The notes below the pieces were generated by a model that was not told where the DNA came from, ran no database searches, and saw only the letters and a list, made by a program, of their open reading frames with translations. Positions 51,126 to 56,852 of a stretch of 56,852 bases of DNA are shown one piece after another. Made by a program: the position numbers and the translations under genes. Source of the stretch: Azolla caroliniana (lineage: Eukaryota > Plantae > Polypodiophyta); the NCBI GenBank assembly GCA_043228905.1, contig JBHGNT010000187.1, forward strand, positions 1 through 56,852. Reading direction: 5' to 3'. Numbering within the stretch: position 1 is the first letter of the stretch; every line of letters begins with the position of its first letter.

Positions 51126-54100
51126 GCGAAAGGTCCCTACAAATTATGCATGTCAAATGACATGTTAAAATTCTATTTTCCATGTCATATATATTATCTA
51201 CATACACATATGTCACTTATTATAGATATGAAGTGTGTATTATAATATATTAATACTATATAAAAAAAATTCCAAAAAATTATATGTTTTTTATAATACG
51301 CTTAAAATAATATCATTATCATGTAATAATGATATATATTCTCAAATATTTATTCTTAATTTCTTTACTAATAATATTAGTTGAAATTTTAAACAATAAC
51401 CTTTATTAAATACATACTTTAAGAGTGTATAACTCTAGGTTTGATTTTAATGTTTTAAGTTTTAAGTTAAAACTAAATTTTTATTAACCTTTTTTTCATA
51501 CTAATTAGTAAAAACATTAACATGATATTAATTTTATGTATTTCATTATCTTTGTTAGGTAGTTATGTTTATTTGTGCACTTTCTATAGTAATGAAAGGT
51601 ATAACAATGAAGCATCATATAGAACTTTCATTAATAAAATTTGTATGTCAAATGACATGTTAGTTTTTGCACTCTTGTGTCATATGACAATGTGACATAC
51701 ATCTTTAAAAAATGCCCATCAAATTCAGGCCCTGCTCACTAATCTTTTCATATGAGAATCTTGGTGAGATAGAAAGAAACATGACTTCATCTTTGAGATT
51801 ATGATTTATGATATTTGGTACTTTGAGCTCATCTACATAGTGGCATTTAATATGACAATAATATGGGTTTAAGAGAGCATTGATATATTGTACGGTTTCT
51901 GTATTGTATGTAGTAGATTAAAGAGATTGCGATCTATTATTGTGACATGAACTAAATTGTGGCATGCATTAGACGAGAGTTATTGTGATCATATTATAAT
52001 GAATTCAAATCTTTTTTTTACTCATACAACTTAATTTTCTAAAGTCCATCGATTACCAAAACAAACTTAGCTAGAAAATAGGTGGTAGCCTTTGGTGACG
52101 CTTCACTAAATTGTGATGTGCATTAGACGACAGTTATTGTTGGCAAAAATTAATACTTCGGAAAAAAAATCAAATATCTCTCATACATTCAAACCTGATT
52201 TTCTTTTACTCATACAACTTGGTTTTCTAAAGTCCATCGATTACCAAAACTTGGCTAGAAAATAGGTGGTAGTATTTGGTGATGCTTCATGCATCTTCAA
52301 TGATTAAAATACCCATTAGAGAATTTGTGATAAGTGTTCAGGTAGGTATTACAGGCACAACATGGAGTGTGATCAAATAGGTTATTTCTTGTTGAAGTGA
52401 CCTATGCTTTTACTTCATGGGCTTCTTTCTCAATATGGATATAGTTTTAATAATGTTGAGGTTATACACTTTAATATTCCCTCCCTCACTCACCCAAATC
52501 CTCGTGGCCTACCAATGGGATCACATGGTAACATGTGTCCCATGAATTGTAACCCATGCATGCCTCCTTTGGAAGGACACAATATATAAAAATAGTGTTA
52601 TGTATATAATATATAAATAAATTGTTCTCAAAACAAACAAAAGCTCGACACCTCACATTTTTACTAGATTCAAAACATTTGAACAAATTTTTTAATTAGA
52701 TTTTGGGGACAGGAGAAAAGAAACCGTGAAGAGAGTTGTCTTGGAAACAAATAGAGAGACAATGGTCCTATGAAAGTAGTATTATAATCTTCCCTTTCGT
52801 TAGTACTTATTGTTTTATGTCCCTATTATTCAAAGTGTTCACAAATACGTTCCTTTTTTAATGATCACATTTACACTCATTAACACCCATCAAGATCACG
52901 TACCAACATGTGTAACCGCGTTTCTCTACGTGCATGCATGATAAAGAGTGCATGCTAAAGAGACTCTTCCAAAACAAGGCAAGACTATAGTCAATGTATA
53001 AAGCAAGTGATAACGAGTTTGTACCATATTTTATTAATGTTATCTAGACACAATTCAACGAAGCAATGTCTAAATTTTAAACACCTCAACGTGTCACTCT
53101 ACAAGAAAATATAAGACATTTTCATTGCATTTGTTTTGCATTGTGTTGATTCCTGAATAATGGATCAATATGAATTGACAAGGCTAGACCTTCTTTCCCA
53201 TTCTATCCAGTTTGATATTTAATGTTTGTAGCGTAGGCTTACAAATGTTTTACCTTCGTTCTAGTTTATTATGATACTATAGATCAACATAAATGTGATG
53301 CCTATCTTGCACTAGGTATAGAAGGAAGTGCATAATTTATGATGTTGCTCTTGATTGCGGAAACTTGTAGCAACAAATCAGCCAAGTTAACGAATGCAAT
53401 TAGATATAAATAGACAATTCCAAGTGGCACAAAACATTTAACAATGGTTGAACTAATCTTAGTTGATCTTCCATTTACACGAAGAGGGCAAATCATGTCT
53501 TGTTAATTTATTCTTTACGTCTAATGATTCTACCCTTTATTACTTTCTCTCTTTCCCCTCGAGTCTCAATACTAGAATCACATGAATTTGTTGATACCAA
53601 AATATGTGGAAGAGAAACGCGCTCATTTTTGGGTCCACACAAGCATTGATGACCCACCCTTGAGAGTAAATTCTACTGGGTGAAAATTGACGTACAAAAG
53701 TTTTTCAAGCTCACGCCATTGTCTAATCATAGTGTTGGGCTAGCCAACCCACATTTAATAAAGTCTTTGACGAGTATCAATAATTTCACATTCTTTAAAG
53801 ACCATCCCCGCGCAATGTGGAAGCATTCTACATTGTGGACAACACTGTGTATGGGGGGGTGATTGGATCGGCGTGCATCCAAACGTAGGAAAATCTAGGC
53901 ATTCCCCTGCACCCGATGGTAATGCTAGGACGAGAAACCCTCGAGGGTTTCGGTGGATTACACATAAAAGAAGAAAGAAGAAAGGGAAAAAGGGAGAAGA
54001 AGAAGAAGAAGAAAGGAACAATTCAAGGAGTACGACAATGAAGAATCTTGAATCTTGAGTGACAGGGAGTGCTATCAATACATAGCCTTGACGGGGAGGG

Positions 54101-54493
54101 GCTAAAAAAAGTGAAGAAGATAAAGAAGAAGAAGAATAAGAACAATGCATATGCCGATGCAAGGTGTAGTGGGACAAGGCGGTATCATTATCCAACGAGA
54201 GCCTCAAGAGGAGGTATTAAGGTGGCATTGGGCACGCAAGTGTGTTATCGAGGGGAGGGCGAGCAAGCGGGCAGGCGGAGAAATGGTTCGATATGGGCAC
54301 GTACCCAAAAGAGGATGTGGACACTAGATACACGAGACACAAGCGACCAGAGACCCGAGATACAAGAGACTAGAGACCAGACACTAGACACAAAGACACA
54401 ACCCTTTTGAGGTCTCCTCTCATTTTGTGTTTTGTTTGTTTTTGTAAAGGGAAATGAGTGGAGCCCTAATAACAACCGGTGGAGAAATGATGC

Positions 54494-54915
54494 ATGTATG
54501 CTATGTACTTGCATGCATGCATGCTATGTATTTGTATGTATGTATATGCATGCATGTATGTGTATATATGTATGTACATATGTATTTGTATGTATGTATA
54601 TGCATGTACATATGTATTTGTATGTATGTATCTGTATGTATGTATGTATGTATGTATGCTATGTATTTGTATGTATGTATATGCATGTATGTATGTGTAT
54701 ATATGTATGTGTATATATGTATGTACATATGTATTTGTATGTATGTATATGCATGTATGTATGTGTATATATGTATGTGTATATATGTATGTACATATGT
54801 ATTTGTATGTATGTATTTGTATGTATGTATCTGTATGTATGTATGTATGTATGTATGTATGTATGTATGTATATGCATGTATGTATTTATGTTTTTTTAT
54901 GTATGTATGTATGTG
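54494..54915. repeat. Compound (TATG)n/(TA)/(TG) microsatellite tract
   Basis: Read directly; source of the Cys/Met/Tyr/Val-rich pseudo-ORFs. Confidence 0.95.
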
Positions 54916-55989
54916 AAGGGAATAGAAGAAGATAATAGATTGTGTGTGGGACCATTTTTCCCTTCTTTTTGGCCTTTTTTGCTTTTTTTTTCTCTGCAGA
55001 TGATGATGATTTCAACGACAGCAACTACTGTTCACGCTGATTCTGTGACTGAGAAACACCGGTTTTGCCTGGCGCGTTTTCGTCATCACCCACAATTCTC
55101 TGTATGTATGTTTGTATGTATGTATATATATATCTATATATAATTTGCCTGACATATATAATTTGCAGAGGAATAAAGAGTTTCGACTTAGGGTTTGTCT
55201 CCTCCTCCTGATCCATCTTCTGTTTTAATCCTTTCTAGCCTCAAGGTAGAGGTCCTTTTTTTCGATCCTGAACATTAGGGTTTCTGTCCTTTTCTCTAGC
55301 TTCAATTACTAGGGATTTCTCCTAACTCCCATGTTTAGGTTTTCTTTTCAAGCTTCCAAAATTAGTTCTTTTTCCAAGCTTTAAACATTTGGGTTATCTC
55401 GATTTTCCTGAGAACAGGGTCCTTTTCCTAGTTTCACACATTAGGTTTACTAATTTTTTTGAGGCAGGTCCCTCGTTTACTGTAGGAGGAGCTTTGCATC
55501 TGTTAAAATTAGGGCTATAATTCTCGAAGAGAATTTTGTGTATTGGATTTCAATCACAACGCGTTCTCTTCTTCTGAGGAAAAGAATTTGATCTTTGATG
55601 TGTTTCAGCCGAGAAAAACAGCCTGGAAAATCTGTTTTAAGGAAAATCTGTATTTGAGCCGAGCAAATTAGTGGATAACTGATCTGTAATCAGAACAAAG
55701 GAAAATTGATGTTAATTTAATTCAAAGCGAGCTGGGAAATTTTTATTGATCTTTGACTGTGTCTGAGCCATAGAGTAATTTCCATCATTGATTCATCCAA
55801 GGCGAGAAGAATCGAATCCGACTTTTCGGTCTTATTCAACCTCGATGCCAAGAAGATAAATCCATCGATCTCATAGCTCATAGCTAACAGAATATATAGG
55901 GTTGATTGGTCCCCTGTCTGAGGGAAGAAAAAGGAAGAAGGGAAAAAGGAAAAGAGGAAAGGAAAGAGGAAAAAGTGAGAAGAACTGCC

Positions 55990-56436
55990 ATGGCTGCTCG
56001 CATCTCAGACATAAACCGAGCTCGAATAAACAAGAATTGCAAGAATACGACTGTCACTATCATGACATCCCCGACAAACAGAGAAAGCAAGAATATTAAC
56101 AAGAACCCATATTCTTCTCCTTCATCCTCATCCTCACCATCACCATCACCATCGCCATCATCATTGTCATCATCACCCATGAGTAATGCAAGCTCAGATG
56201 AAGAGGAGCGAGCACGCATGAGCCGAACCTCCTTGTTTCTGTGGCATACTCGGCATGACGATGTCACTGCCCTTCGGTCGCTTCTACGCCAGCAAGACTC
56301 ATCCCTTGTGAGTGCTCAGGATTACGATGGTCGGACCCCGCTCCATGTGGCCGCCTTCTATAACTGTCTCCAAGCCGCAGCCTTCTTGCTGACCCACGGT
56401 GCCCCTGTTAATGCCCAAGATCGTTGGGGTAACTCG
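55990..56436 (+). CDS. VIK: Ankyrin-repeat protein kinase, VIK/ILK type, first coding exon; gene continues beyond the window
   Basis: ARMSRTSLFLWH...DYDGRTPLHVAA...GAPVNAQDRWGNS matches the VH1-interacting kinase N-terminus as I recall it (ARVSRTSLILWH...DYDKRTPLHVAS...VNAQDRWKNT); ATG in gccATGG context; donor TCG|GTAT in phase 0. The kinase domain is not visible in the window. Confidence 0.82.
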
Positions 56437-56852
56437 GTATCACATTCTCAACCATCTTTCTCTTTTGCATCTCCGCCGCTTTTGTTGAGAAGTAATAATA
56501 ATTACAAATATGTGTTGCATCCAGTTTATTATTATTTACTGAGAAAAAAGATAGGCTCTGGGTTGCCTAAAGATCCATGTTAAACTTTATTAATGTATGA
56601 AGCTGCTTTACACTTGTAAAGTTTTTGTGCATCTTCTAAAGATTTTACTAAAAGCATCTCATCATTTCCTATAACAAAAGCATTATGGTTCTGTCCCCAA
56701 TGGTAGTAATCTGTTCAATGCCTTCGTATTATGCAAACTTGTCAACAATTTTCTCCATTTCATTATTCCCCCAAAACCTAATAGTGTATTATGCCCTCTT
56801 TCCATTCTTCTCCACCCTAGTACCTACCTTGGTTTTTATTTATACATGCCAT

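Noticed and set aside
51950-52290. Imperfect tandem duplication of ~155-190 bp
   Set aside because: Ordinary local duplication with no additional structure.
54432-55143. Long Cys/Met/Tyr/Val-rich ORFs in several frames
   Set aside because: Translation of a stop-free TATG-type microsatellite; no domain.
55906-55989. ORF-track start and read-through to 56583 for the ankyrin protein
   Set aside because: Non-ATG start; the first ATG is 55990 and similarity ends at the donor at 56436.

Overview
Eukaryotic nuclear DNA from a land plant, probably a non-seed plant such as a fern (inferred from the TE repertoire and gene style). It holds three host genes: a two-exon cytokinin-response-factor (CRF)-type AP2/ERF gene (+, 10144-12867), a six-exon histidine phosphatase/phosphoglycerate-mutase-family gene (-, 34704-31894, 223 aa) and the first coding exon of a VIK/ILK-type ankyrin-repeat kinase (+, from 55990). 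Between them are two nests of mostly decayed retroelements. At 18.6-29.3 kb: three Ty1/copia elements, two solo LTRs and an RTE-X-like LINE fragment. At 35.3-51.1 kb: an L1 LINE interrupted by a full-length chromodomain Ty3/gypsy element and by a solo LTR that itself holds a young RTE-X-like LINE, followed by a convergent second L1. The most unusual object is the gypsy element (37452-43122). It has no tRNA-type PBS; its PBS position is complementary to the predicted 5' end of its own transcript (Tf1-like self-priming). Both LTRs also carry an antisense tRNA-like cassette with correctly spaced Pol III A and B boxes. All calls were made by eye, without database searches.
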